NCBI GenBank assembly: GCA_002269645.1
Contig: NIVC01000169.1
Coordinates: forward strand, 1-64,000
Direction of reading: 5' to 3'
Source: Macrostomum lignano
Lineage: Eukaryota
DNA: 64,000 nucleotides
This document shows, piece by piece, positions 35,930-48,821 of the stretch. The translations under genes and the position numbers were made by a program. Position 1 is the stretch's first letter. Each line of letters begins with the position of its first letter. Under the pieces are notes generated by a model, which saw only the letters and a program-made list of their open reading frames with translations, did no database searches and had not been told where the DNA came from.

Positions 35930-37020
35930 GTTGCTAGTAGAGGGTCATAGCGGCTGGTAGTAGAGGGTCATAGCGGCTGGTAGTAGAGGGTCATAGCGGC
36001 TGGTAGTAGAGGGTCATAGCGGCTGGTAGTAGAGAGTCATAGAGGCTGGTAGTAGAGGGTCATAGCGGCTGGTAGTAGAGGGTCATAGCGGCTGGTAGTA
36101 GAGGGTCATAGCGGCTGGTAGTAGAGGGTCATAGCGGCTGGTAGTAGAGGGTCATAGCGGCTGGTAGTAGAGGGTCATAGCGGCTGGTAGTAGAGGGTCA
36201 TAGCGGCTGGTAGTAGAGGGTCATAGCGGCTGGTAGTAGAGGGTCATAGCGGCTGGTAGTAGAGGGTCATAGCGGGTGCCGGGTGGTAGTAGAGAGTCAT
36301 AGCGGCTGGTAGTAGAGGGTCATAGCGGGTGCCGGGTGGTAGTAGAGAGTCATAGCGGTTGGTAGTAGAGAGTTATAGTGGGTGGTAGTAGAGAGTCATA
36401 GCGGTTGGTAGTAGAGAGTTATAGCGGTTGGTAGTAGAGAGTTATAGTGGGTGGTAGTAGAGAGTCATAGCGGGTGGTAGTAGAGGGTCATAGCGAGTGC
36501 TAGTAGAGGGTCATAGCGAGTGCTAGTAGAGTGCCATAGCGAGTGCTAGTAGAGGGTCATAGCGAGTGCTAGTAGAGGGTCATAGCGAGTGCTAGTAGAG
36601 GATCATAGCGGGGCTAGTAGAGGGTCATAGCGAGTGCTAGTAGAGTGCCATAGCGAGTGCTAGTAGAGGGTCATAGCGAGTGCTAGTAGAGGGTCATAGC
36701 GAGTGCTAGTAGAGTGCCATAGCGAGTGCTAGTAGAGGGTCATAGCGAGTGCTAGTAGAGGGTCATAGCGAGTGCTAGTAGAGGATCATAGCGGGGGCTA
36801 GTAGAGGGTCATAGCGAGTGCTAGTAGAGTGCCATAGCGAGTGCTAGTAGAGGGTCATAGCGAGTGCTAGTAGAGGGTCATAGCGAGTGCTAGTAGAGGG
36901 TCATAGCGAGTGCTAGTAGAGGGTCATAGCGAGTGCTAATAGAGGGTCATAGCGAGTGCTAGTAGAGGGTCATAGCGGGGGCTAGTAGAAGGTCATTGCG
37001 GGAGCTAGTAGAGGGGCCAT
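35930..37020 (+). repeat. 23-bp minisatellite tagtagagggtcatagcggctgg, shifting to the variant ...gcgagtgc
   Basis: Direct reading of the sequence. Confidence 0.93.
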
Positions 37021-38224
37021 AAACACAACATCCGCAATACAAAAGATATCCCAATTCCCAACTCTAAAGTCCCAATCAACCTGAGCATTAGCCAAGACCT
37101 CTGCTCCTCCCCAAAAGCCTCGCAGTTTCAAATCAGACCCCTCTAAGGCAGGTGTTTTTCAACCGGTACCCAGGGCCCCCATACCGAACCGATCCCTAAG
37201 CATGCATTCATTGCCATTTCGACTCCTCAAATTTAGCAAGCAAATCTGGATCAATTCTGGGCCAGTTCGTGTCCTGGCGCTGGTTGAAACAGCTTGCAAA
37301 ATTTTAGGATTTGGGATAATATATTTTTTAAACGTAAATCCTCATTCTCAAGCCCACATTTTAAAGCCCCCCAATCATTGTTGCTTCATTGTTGATCGGG
37401 TAGATGAGCCTACAGTCTAACACCAGGCAATCAATCTCCCCCTACGCCTCTTTCCCGCAATAGCAGTTGCAGCTGTCCCAGCTGCAAATCCGCCTGCTAA
37501 ACTGCTGTAGATAAGTTTTGGGAGTAGAGAATGGAGTTTAGAAAAAATCCCCGTTTCAAATGAGGGTCCAAGACTGGACGCGGGGGGAGGGAAGAGAGTG
37601 AGAGTCAGGTAGTGTGCGGGCTGCAGAAGAGAATTAATCAGAATGACGGTGAATGGCGGCAGCTGCACCGAGGTGGGCCGCGGCTGCAGATGTTTCCTGC
37701 AGCTGACGACAGCAAAGTAGAACGGAGGAGAGCTGGGCACGAGCTGCTGCCGCTGCCCAGATCCCCCCGATCGAGCACGGACCCCCATAGTCCGCCCGCA
37801 GCCTTGTTGGTCTCCCTCGCCTGTTGCAGCTGCTGCCGCCGCGGCAGGAGGGGAGAGGAGGCTGCTCAATGACTTCCACAGCTGCGGATGAGCTAACCGA
37901 AGCCTCTTATAAACCCTCCACCCCACCTCCCCGCCTTGTCTGTCTGTCTGAATATGTCTTCCACTTATTCTCCGGTTTTGTGTACACAGTTGCGATCGGG
38001 GGCGGCAGTGCTCGCGTTCACACGGGGCTGAGTCAAGGACTCCTAAAAACCAAACTTCTGGGAGTGATTTTTCTCATGAAACTTTTGTAGAAATCTGAAT
38101 AAATTCTCCCAATAGTTTGGTTAAAAATATCATAGCTTAACAAGGTTTTTTTTTAAATTGCGTCAATTTTTTATTCTAGATGCCAAGTAGGATACAAAGA
38201 AGTCGTTTCGTTTTGAGATTTTAG

Positions 38225-39410
38225 CTTGCGCCACTTTAGCGCGCCGCAGTTGAGATTTTAGCGCCATTCTAGCGCCGCAGTTGAGATTTTAGCGCCATTC
38301 TAGCGCCGCAGTTGAGATTTTAGCGCCACTCTAGCGCCGCAGTTGAGATTTTAGCGTCACTCTAGAGCCGCAGTTGGGATTTTAGCGCCACTCTAGCGCT
38401 AGATTTTAGCGCCACTCTAGCGCCGCAGTTGAGATTTTAGCGCCACTCTAGCGCCGCAGTTGAGATTTTAGCGCCGTAGTTGATATTTTAGCGCCACTCT
38501 AGCGCCGCAGTTGAGATTTTAGCGCCGTAGTTGATATTTTAGCGCCACTCTAGAGCCGTAGTTGAGATTTTAGCGCCACTCTAGAGCCGCAGTTGAGATT
38601 TTAGCGCCACTCTAGTGCCGCAGTTGAGATTTTAGCGCCACTCTAGCGCCGCAGTTGAGATTTTAGCGCCACTCTAGCGCCGCAGTTGAGATTTTAGCGC
38701 CACTCTAGCGCCGCAGTTGAGATTTTAGTGCCACTCTAGTGCCGCAGTTGAGATTTTAGCACCACTCTAGAGCCGCAGTTGAGATTTTAGCGCCACTCTA
38801 GAGCCGCAGTTGAGATTTTAGCGCCACTCTAGAGCCGCAGTTGAGATTTTAGCGCCACTCTAGTGCCGCAGTTGAGATTTTAGCGCCACTCTAGTGCCGC
38901 AGTTGAGATTTTAGCGCCACTCTAGAGCCGCAGTTGAGATTTTAGCGCCACTCTAGAGCCGCAGTTGAGATTTTAGCGCCACTCTAGAGCCGCAGTTGAG
39001 ATTTTAGCGCCACTCTAGCGCCGCAGTTGAGATTTTAGCGCCACTCTAGAGCCGCAGTTGAGATTTTAGCGCCACTCTAGTGCCGCAGTTGAGATTTTAG
39101 CGCCACTCTAGTGCCGCAGTTGAGATTTTAGCGCCACTCTAGAGCCGCAGTTGAGATTTTAGCGCCACTCTAGTGCCGCAGTTGAGATTTTAGCGCCACT
39201 CTAGTGCCGCAGTTGAGATTTTAGCGCCACTCTAGAGCCGCAGTTGAGATTTTAGCGCCACTCTAGTGCCGCAGTTGAGATTTTAGCGCCACTCTAGTGC
39301 CGCAGTTGAGATTTTAGCGCCACTCTAGTGCCGCAGTTGAGATTTTAGCGCCACTCTAGAGCCGTAGTTGATATTTTAGCGCCACTCTAGTGCCGCAGTT
39401 GAGAATTTAG
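38225..39410 (+). repeat. 31-bp minisatellite gttgagattttagcgccactctagagccgca
   Basis: Direct reading of the sequence. Confidence 0.95.
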
Positions 39411-40609
39411 CGCTACAGTTGCTGCGCTATTTCGGATTTTCAGGAAGAGTTGGCAATCCAGATTCTCCCTCTAAGATCGCTTTGACTCGGGTGGGTTAGG
39501 GATGAAGTTATTATCCCCTCCCCCCTAGGAGGGGAGAGGAATCCCCGGAGCCGCCCCTATTTTTCATTGTGCCCCGAGCTCCCTGGGAAACAGCTGCAGT
39601 TGTTAAACACAATCGGCCTTTAGTTGGTAAGGACTGGGGCGGGCGGGCCTTCGTCTCCACTTAATTACCCAGCAGAAGAGCGGATGGCCCACTCCTGCTC
39701 AAGTGACCCCCGGGTAGAAGGGAAGCTTACTCAACAGCTATCACGCCTTCAGCAGACTGGCGGGCCATCTCCCAACCCCAGTTCAATAAGAAATTTTCAC
39801 CTGTTTGCCCAGGCTGCAAACCTTTACAGCAAAGCATTATTGAGCCCCATATTGGTATCCTGTTACTTCCGACTTCCTTATGTGCTCAAGCGAGCCACTC
39901 CACTGCCTGCTTCAGGCCGCGGTGTCTCTCTCTCTAGTTTTGAAAGTTAGGAGCGCGCCACGCTTCGCTGTCAAGCTGATTCGATCCGATTCCGTGTGTG
40001 ATCAGCGGGCCAAAATATTCCCAGGGCATCCGTTTGCGCCCGAGCTGCAAGAGGCTTTGATCTATTTTTAGCATCGCTTCAATTCGTGTCAATAATTGCC
40101 TTCATTGAATCATCGTAGGAATGACTAGGGGGGGGGGGGTTCAGGGGGTGGAGGCGGCAGCAGACAACAGTAAACTTACTGCATATTCGACTGAAGTTCC
40201 CATATGAATGTAGATAATGTGTCGCTTTCATACCTTTGGAATAATTTTTTTATTGATAATCGATATTGTTTTTTTAATTTGATCTTTTCGGGGAAAGCAA
40301 AATGGTGCAGATAGCCGCGGATAGGGGGCGGATAGGAGGCGGATAGGGGGCGGGGGGTAGGGGCGGATAGAGAAGCGGAAGGCGGATAGACGCCGGTTTG
40401 GTGCGGATAGATTTTTAGTTTAATAGCGGAGCGGATATAGGGGGCAGACAGAGGAGCGGATGCGCTCTCGATAGTCGGGATAAATATTTGCCGTATAGTC
40501 AACACAGAAAGCGTATGTAGATTATAAGTTATAAGTAAATTGGAATTCAAAATTCAAATATTGAACTACCTTTTAGCTGGTTTCCTGAAGGCGTTTTAAA
40601 AGCTCGAAA

Positions 40610-40830
40610 CTTCTCAAGCTCAAAACTTCACAATCTTGAAGCTTCACAAGTTCGAAACTTCACAATCTTAAAACTTCGCAAGTTCGAAACTTCACAATCT
40701 TGAAGCTTCACAAGTTCGAAAGTTCACAATCTTGAAGCTTCACAAGTTTGAAAGTTCACAATCTTGAAGCTTCACAAGTTTGAAAGTTCACAATCTTGAA
40801 GCTTCACAAGTTCGAAAGTTCACAATCTCG
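40610..40830 (+). repeat. 32-bp repeat ttcacaatcttgaagcttcacaagttcgaaag
   Basis: Direct reading of the sequence. Confidence 0.85.
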
Positions 40831-41268
40831 AAACTAGGCATCGGTCTACTAAGATCTTGCTAGTAGCCACTTCTGCTAGCTCAAAATTTAAAAGAATTTA
40901 ACGAAGGGAAATCTCAAGGTTTTAAGAAGAACCCAGTAGCAGGGTTAAATGATTAAGTCATCAAGTTGTTTCACTTCAATTTTACAGCTTCCGCAATTTT
41001 TCAAACTTGCGTATTAGGCTTGTTGTTAAATTACAACAATCAAGTGAAACAGTTTTTTTTTGCTTGCGCTTTTGCATTCTAATGACAGACTACTGATAGT
41101 AGCTATAAAAGCAATTATAATAATTTGCTTACTAACAGTAGCAGAAAACAATATCGTAAAAATTATATACAAGTCCCAGTGACCGCCCCCATTCTCACAA
41201 GGGACAGCCTCTTTAGATATACTACTTATTAATGAGTATAGTTAGTTTAACAACAAAAGGAGCGCCCG

Positions 41269-41928
41269 TCACTTGACACCGAAGCCCTTGAAGCCGAACA
41301 GTTTCTCGATATCCGCCTGGCCATCCGCGTCGCCGTCGTCGTCACCGTCGACGTCGCCGCCGCCACCACCGGCAGCGCCGGACGACGAAGCGGCGGCTTT
41401 CTCCTCTTTGCGCCGGCGTTTCCGCTCTTTCCTAGCCCGCTTGGCCCGCTCCTCGGCGGCCTCGGCCTCTTTCACGCGATCCTCAAAGCTGTAGGCCTTC
41501 TCCTCGGCCTCTTGGCGCCGCTTCAAGCTGCTGAACTTCGATTTCACATCGTCCAGGGTGGCGCGCTTTACTCGCATCGACATGCCGAGATTGCGCTGAT
41601 GCTTCTTGCCGTTGATGTGGTCGAGGAAATTAATTGAGTCTTTCACTACACAGTCGCACACGTTGCAATAATAGCCAGCGTCAGCTGACGGCTTGTTGCT
41701 GGTCTTATTGATCACCACCGACCTGTTCAGGTTGGCCTCGAGGTTCGGCGTCTCCAGTCTGGGCCGCAGCTCTTCGCGTTTCACGGCGGCGCCGCTACCG
41801 CCGGCCCGGGACTTGGCGCCGCCGCCGGAGGAGCGCGAATCGCGAAGTTCATCAAGTTCGCGCGACACCCGCTCCTGGGCGAGCCGCTCGAACTCGTCCC
41901 GGTCCCACTTGCGCCTGTGATCGGACAT
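41269..41928 (-). CDS. ZMAT2: Zinc finger matrin-type protein 2 (Snu23 homolog, spliceosome), single coding exon
   Basis: HRRKWDRDEFERLA and GYYCNVCDCVVKDSINFLDHINGKKHQRNLGMSMRV, ending in LFGFKGFG; continuous 219-aa ORF. Confidence 0.93.
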   Translation of the reverse strand: MSDHRRKWDRDEFERLAQERVSRELDELRDSRSSGGGAKSRAGGSGAAVKREELRPRLETPNLEANLNRSVVINKTSNKPSADAGYYCNVCDCVVKDSINFLDHINGKKHQRNLGMSMRVKRATLDDVKSKFSSLKRRQEAEEKAYSFEDRVKEAEAAEERAKRARKERKRRRKEEKAAASSSGAAGGGGGDVDGDDDGDADGQADIEKLFGFKGFGVK

Positions 41929-41949
41929 GAATGGCGGAGTTGAGCGATA

Positions 41950-42420
41950 GTCAGAGGGGGTAGCCGATCAATAATTAGAGGGGGTAGCCGATCAATAATT
42001 AGAGGGGGTAGCCGATCGATAAGAGTCAGAGGGGGTAGCCGATCGATAAGAGTCAGAGGGGGTAGCCGATCGATAAGAGTCAGAGGGGGTAGCCGATCGA
42101 TAAGAGTCAGAGGGGGTAGCCGATCGATAAGAGTCAGAGGGGGTAGCCGATCGATAAGAGTCAGAGGGGTAGCCGATCGATAAGAGTCAGAGGGGGTAGC
42201 CGATCGATAAGAGTCAGAGGGGGTAGCCGATCGATAAGAGTCAGAGGGGGTAGCCGATCGATAAGAGTCAGAGGGGGTAGCCGATCGATAAGAGTCAGAG
42301 GGGGTAGCCGATCGATAGTCAGAGGGGGTAGCCGATCAATAATTAGAGGGGGTAACCGATCGATAAGAGTCAAAGGGTGGCCGATAAGAGTCGGGGAGGG
42401 GGTAGCCGATCGATAAGAGT
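41950..42420 (+). repeat. 27-bp minisatellite immediately upstream of the ZMAT2 ATG
   Basis: Unit gagtcagagggggtagccgatcgataa. Confidence 0.92.
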
Positions 42421-43429
42421 CATGGAGGGGGTAGTTGATTGATAAAAAGAGTAGGGGAGGGGTAGCCGATCGATAAAATAGTCAAGGAGTGGTGGCCGAA
42501 ACTAATTCGAATTAATAATAAATATAAACACGTGTTTGGCAGACAGAATCTGAGAATAGGAGCGTATACTTGAAATAAATAAATTTTGAATACAAGCTTT
42601 TCTGCACTCAGACTCCAAGAGAATCGTTCTCCTAATTTTCGATTGCCAACACAATAAAGCAATTTGCACATATAAATATTAACTATTAACAGCGAACCGC
42701 CATTCAGAGTTTTACGCAAAAGAAGAAAATAATGTCCCAGTTACTAGACTGTCTCAGAAGCCAGACCGGAAATAAAATAGAAAAGCAGAAGAAACCCAAA
42801 GGCTGACACGAAGTGAACAAATCAAAATAAAGAATTAATAAAAACAAAATAAAATAAAACCGACACAAATCATTGCGACATACATTAGGAATCCTTTAAT
42901 AATAAACAAAATAAAGCATAAACTTGCACAGCTGCGTTACTATGAGTAGCAGTAATTGCAAATAAAATTCAGAAATTAAGAATCACAATTAGTCACTCTT
43001 GCAATATTATATCTGTTAAGTCAGGGAATGTCACTGAGATTTTCCATTGAGATAAAATGATTAGTTAACTAACTAATATTACAATACTAGATTAGTAAGC
43101 TTCAATTAAAGTGATTAAAGTCAAGGTGTCAGACATTGATTGCATAATTTACAAAGAAATGCGCAGCGAAAGTAGTTTTTTTCTAAGAATTTATAATAAA
43201 CTATCAATAACTACTCACCAAACTTTAATGGGAATACAGATCTGAAAGGCTCTACTAAGCTGATTTTTAGTAAAAATATTCAAGCATTCAAACATACAAA
43301 CCTTTGAGATTTAGTATATTTAGATTGAACAAGTATTAAATGGATATTTTTATAAAAGTTATTTCGACTTTCCCAGTTAATTTAATTACAATTCTTTTTC
43401 TAAGAGGCTTAACAGGCAAGTTGCCCGGG

Positions 43430-43690
43430 TTTTAAAGGCGACTCTGATAAAAGTACAAGGGGCGATTTCGGTTGTGTCAATGGCGATTCTGATAAAAGTA
43501 CAAGGGGCGATTTCGGTTGTGTCAATGGCGATTTTGATAAAAGTGCAAGGGGTGATTTCGGTTGTCAATGGCGACTTTGATAAAAGTGCAAGGAGCGATT
43601 TCGGTTGTGTTAATGGCGATTCTGATTAACATGTACAAGGGGCGATTTCCCTGGGTTTTAATGGCGACTCTGATAAAAGTGCGAGGGGCA
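43430..43690 (+). repeat. ~45-bp degenerate tandem repeat
   Basis: ggcgattctgataaaagtacaaggggcgatttcggttgtgtcaat units. Confidence 0.8.
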
Positions 43691-43789
43691 ATGAATGCTT
43701 GCAGTGTCCCACAGCAGACACAAACGCAACAGGGTCACTAATACGGAATAGCACCTAGTGAAGAAGCATCTCTATACAGGTGTCGCTCC

Positions 43790-46700
43790 TCAGTCTTCAG
43801 CATTCGCCGACGATTGGCAGGCGGCAATCCGACGCAACGACTCAATTTCAGCCTGCAGACTGGCGACCCGGTCTTCTAGTTCGGCGAAGCGGCGGGAGTC
43901 GGAGCCGCACAGCTGGCAGACGGTGCTGACGGTGCCACCTCCGCCGCCACTGCTGGCGCCTCCGCAGCAGCCGGTAGGCGTGACGACAGCCGAAGTTCGA
44001 CCATCGTCAAGCAGCTGCCTGCGCAAGCGGAGTAGCAGAGTCTTCACCCCGGTGACATCGTGAGCCAGGTGCCGAAGGTCCGAGCCGGGTAGAAGGAGCA
44101 GGTCACCCTGAGGAGACGACACTGATCGCGGACGGAAGCGCATGGAGCTGGCGGCCAGAGACAGAGACAGCGGCGGCTGCTGCTGGCGGCGAAGATGCCT
44201 GGTGAGGCTGTCGGGAGGCAGGCTGGCGGTCATCAGGCTGCCGACAATGTCAGCACAGGCTGCGACACCCGCTTGGTTGTCGTCCGCGTCTTCCTGGTTC
44301 ACTTCGTATTCCTGGGCGAGGAGAATGGAGAATGGAGAAAGTGATTAACTATCCTTTTCATATAGCATTGACACCTGCCTGTCACTGTCCTATAGCATTC
44401 ATACTCAATTATGTCACTCCCGAGACAGCGGAAGACAACACGAATCTGTCACTCCGCAGACAGCGGAAGACAACACGAATCCGTCACTCCCCAGACAGCG
44501 GAAAACAACACGAATCTGTCACTCCTCAGACAGTGGAAGACAACACGAATCTTTCACTCCTCAGACAGTGGAAGACAACACGAATCTGTCACTCCCTAGA
44601 CAGTGGAAGACAACACGAATCTGTCACTCCCTAGACAGTGGAAGACAACACGAATCTTTCACTCCTCAGACAGTGGAAGACAACACGAACCTGTCACTCC
44701 CTAGACAGTGGAAGACAACACGAATCTGTCACTCCCCAGACAGTGGAAGACAACACGAATCTGTCACTCCCCAGACATCAGAAGATCACACGAATCCGTC
44801 AGTCCCCAGACAGTGGAAGATCACACGAATCTGTCACTCCCCAGACAGCGGAAAACAACGAATCCGGCACTCCCCAGACAGTGGAAGACAACACGAATCT
44901 GTCACTCCCCAGACAGTGGAAGACAACACGAATCTGTCACTCCCCAGACAGTGGAAGACAACACGAATCCGTCACTCCCCACACAGCGGAAGACAACACG
45001 ACTCAGTCACTCCCCAGACAGCGGAAGACAACACGAATCCGTCACTTCCCAGCGGAAGATTCCACGAATCTGTCACTCCCCAGACAGTGGAAGACAACAC
45101 GAATCTGTCACTCCCCAGACAGCGGAAAACAACACGAATCCGGCACTCTCCAGACAGTGGAAGACATCACAAACCTCCTCCTCCCTGATCAAGCAGTCGG
45201 CGAGGTCTGTCCCAGCCCGTGAAGTGGTCAGACTGGCTCCGCCGCATGTGTCATCGTCTCCTCCAACTCCGCCGCCGCCTCCAGTGTCGTGTTCGCAGTC
45301 GGTGTCGCAGTCCGTGCCCAGCATGAGGTCGTCAGAGTCCAGGCTAGACGCACCGGAGGCCAGACGGGAACGGCGATAGACAGAGGTGGCGGCTGCAACT
45401 GGGGCAGCTACAGATGGCTGAGACGGAGATCGGCTGCGGGAGTTGCAATTATGCGATCTGTAAGAGATCCTGACATCCAACAAAGATCTTAACAAAAAAC
45501 ACTGGATGAGTTGTGTTTGAATTGAGTTCAAATGATGATTATGATTTTGTTGAATTAAGCAAGGACGACTTAAGTGGAAGGACTGGAAACCTCGTTTCTT
45601 AGAAAACACTACTGAGATAGGAAGTTTTCATTTTTTCAGCACAAAAATTGTTATTGTTTTTGATAGGAGGCAGACCCAGTGTTCATCTTTTGATATGTTG
45701 TGCCTTTCTTATAGCTCTATCGATATTCATAAAGCTTTTCATTCAATAAAATGAGGATTCTATGCTAATTTCTTATTCTACGTACAATTGAATATGTCCA
45801 GTGCCTAAAAACTATTAAAATAGCACGGCTCAGCTCTTTAGTTTTATGAACCTATTTAATCATTCTTAGCTGACTGTGTACCAATATTTGTAACTGAGAT
45901 GATAAAATAGATTCATAAAACCAAAGATTGGAGCTGTGTCATGCATTTTTATGATTGTTAGGTACAGGAAATGTACGTAGAATAAACAATTAACACAGAA
46001 TCCTAATTATTTGAATGAAAAGATTTATGAATATCGATAGAGGCAATAAGAAAGGCACAACATACCAAAAGATGAACACTGGATCTGCCTCCTATCGATA
46101 GTCGCATTTGAGGCGAGCTACAATGACTCACTCAACAGGCAGACCGCTAGCCTGACTATCGTTGTCAGTTGACGGGCAGACTTCGCTATAGGTAGTGACA
46201 GTGTCAGGCCTGTCCTCGCCCGACCGCACTGCGGGCAGCTGGGCATTGGCTGATGCGGAATGCGGAGGCAGCTGCGGGGCCTCCGTCATGGGTGCCGATA
46301 ATTTGTCCGGCAAACGGTTGCGCAACGATGGACGCAGCAGAGCGGCTGCCGAAGTTGCCGACGGCTCCGGTTGGAGACTTGGGGAACTGAAAAATTTGCG
46401 CGATCAAATTGTAAATGCAGTGCGGACTGCTTTTGTGGTAATGAGCGCTTGGAGCAACCAGGAAAATGACAGGCAGATTCAATGAGCATCAAGGCAGATT
46501 CAATGAGCACAGGCAGATTCAATGAGCACAGAGACAGATTCAATGAGCATAGATGCAGATTCAATGAGCATAGAGGCAGATTCAATGAGCATAAAGGCAG
46601 ATTCAATGAGCAGAGGCAGATTCAATGAGCATAGAGGCAGATTCAATGAGCATAGAGGCAGATTCAATGAGCATAGAGAGGCAGATTCAATGAGCATAGA

Positions 46701-48821
46701 GGCAGATTCAATGAGCACAGAGGCAGATTCAATGAGCACAGAGACAGATTCAATGAGCATAGAGGCAGATTCAATGAGCACAGAGACAGATTCAATGAGC
46801 ATAGATGCAGATTCAATGAGCATAGAGGCAGATTCAATGAGCACAGAGGCAGATTCAATGAGCATAGAGAGGCAGATTCAATGAGCATAGAGGCAGATTC
46901 AATGAGCATAGAGGCAGATTCAATGAGCACAGAGGCAGATTCAATGAGCACAGAGGCAGATTCAATGAGCACAGAGACAGATTCAATGAGCATAGAGGCA
47001 GATTCAATGAGCACAGAGACAGATTCAATGAGCATAGATGCAGATTCAATGAGCATAGAGGCAGATTCAATGAGCACAGAGGCAGATTCAATGAGCATAG
47101 AGACAGATTCAATGAGCAGAGGCAGATTCAATGAGCATAGAGGCAGATTCAATGAGCATAGAGGCAGATTCAATGAGCAGAGGCAGATTCAATGAGCATA
47201 GAGGCAGATTCAATGAGCACAGAGGCAGATTCAATGAGCATAGAGGCAGATTCAATGAGCACAGAGGCAGATTCAATGAGCACAGATGCAGATTCAATGA
47301 GCATAGAGGCAGATTCAATAAGCATAGAGGCAGATTCAATGAGCATAGAGAGGCAGATTCAATGAGCATAAAGGCAGATTCAATGAGCAGAGGCAGATTC
47401 AATGAGCATAGAGGCAGATTCAATGAGCATCAAGGCAGATTCAATGAGCATAGAGAGACAGATTCAATGAGCACAGAGGCAGATTCAATGAGCACAGAGA
47501 CAGATTCAATGAGCATAGAGGCAGATTCAATGAGCATAGAGAGGCAGATTCAATGAGCATAGAGGCAGATTCAATGAGCACAGAGGCAGATTCAATGAGC
47601 ACAGAGACAGATTCAATGAGCATAGAGGCAGATTCAATGAGCACAGAGACAGATTCAATGAGCATAGATGCAGATTCAATGAGCATAGAGGCAGATTCAA
47701 TGAGCACAGAGGCAGATTCAATGAGCATAGAGAGGCAGATTCAATGAGCATAGAGGCAGATTCAATGAGCACAGAGGCAGATTCAATGAGCACAGAGGCA
47801 GATTCAATGAGCACAGAGACAGATTCAATGAGCATAGAGGCAGATTCAATGAGCACAGAGACAGATTCAATGAGCATAGATGCAGATTCAATGAGCATAG
47901 AGGCAGATTCAATGAGCACAGAGGCAGATTCAATGAGCATAGAGAGGCAGATTCAATGAGCATAGAGGCAGATTCAATGAGCATAGAGGCAGATTCAATA
48001 AGCATAGAGGCAGATTCAATGAGCATAGAGAGGCAGATTCAATAAGCAAAGAGGCAGATTCAATGAGCATAGAGAGGCAGATTCAATGAGCATAAAGGCA
48101 GATTCAATGAGCAGAGGCAGATTCAATGAGCATAGAGGCAGATTCAATGAGCATAGAGAGGCAGATTCAATGAGCATAGAGAGACAGATTCAATGAGCAC
48201 AGAGGCAGATTCAATGAGCATAGAGAGACAGATTCAATGAGCATAGAGGCAGATTCAATGAGCACAGAGACAGATTCAATGAGCACAGAGGCAGATTCAA
48301 TGAGCACAGAGGCAGATTCAATGAGCATAGAGGCAGATTCAATGAGCATAGAGAGGCAGATTCAATGAGCACAGAGGCAGATTCAATGAGCAGAGGCAGA
48401 TTCAAATCCCGTTACTCAAGAAACCACCGACTCACTCGTCAGACTTGGCAGCCAGATTGAAGTTATCAATGGTGACAGACCGCACAGGCAGCAGATCCTC
48501 GCTAGCCCGCGAACCGGATGGCGATCGGTCATCAAGCAGAACTGGCCGACGATCTGGCAGGGGCGGAGCGGACTTGCAGGCAGCCGGCGTGGAAGCGTAG
48601 GACGCGGCCAGGCTGTCAGCGTCGCCAGAGAGCGGCCGACGGCCCCGATCTGACCGGTGCTGCTGCCGACGCCAGGGCGATTTGAATGCGGCAAAGCCGA
48701 AGCTGTGCGCCCGTTTTGGCGATTTGGCGGCGTGCTTCTGCTCTGGCTGGCGCTGCTGCTGCTGCGACAGTTCGTCTTCTGGCAGCTGGCGCGACACGCA
48801 GGCGCCCATTAGGCGATGCAT
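43790..48821 (-). CDS. Serine-rich coiled-coil protein, possibly CCSER/FAM190-like. Exons 48821(or 48809)-48436, 46386-46132, 45457-45175, 44311-43790
   Basis: Three in-phase GT-AG junctions. SSLDSDDLMLG and DLRHLAHDVTGVKTLLLRLRRQL, followed by a C-terminal coiled coil, resemble CCSER-family motifs from memory. The gene model is solid; the family call is tentative. Confidence 0.55.
44405..45160 (+). repeat. 35-bp minisatellite, CCSER-like intron 3
   Basis: Unit cagacagtggaagacaacacgaatctgtcactccc. Confidence 0.92.
45666..46092. mobile_element. MITE-like foldback element flanked by TA (intron 2 of the CCSER-like gene)
   Basis: The first ~75 nt (ggaggcagacccagtgttcatcttttg...) are a near-perfect reverse complement of the last ~75 nt, and imperfect symmetry continues to the centre. 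TA at 45664-45665 and 46093-46094. Confidence 0.7.
46475..48405 (+). repeat. 21-bp minisatellite, CCSER-like intron 1
   Basis: Unit aggcagattcaatgagcatag with 19- and 23-bp variants. Confidence 0.96.

Noticed and set aside
46500-48405. Many overlapping SIEADSM/LIESASM ORFs
   Set aside because: Products of the 21-bp intronic minisatellite.
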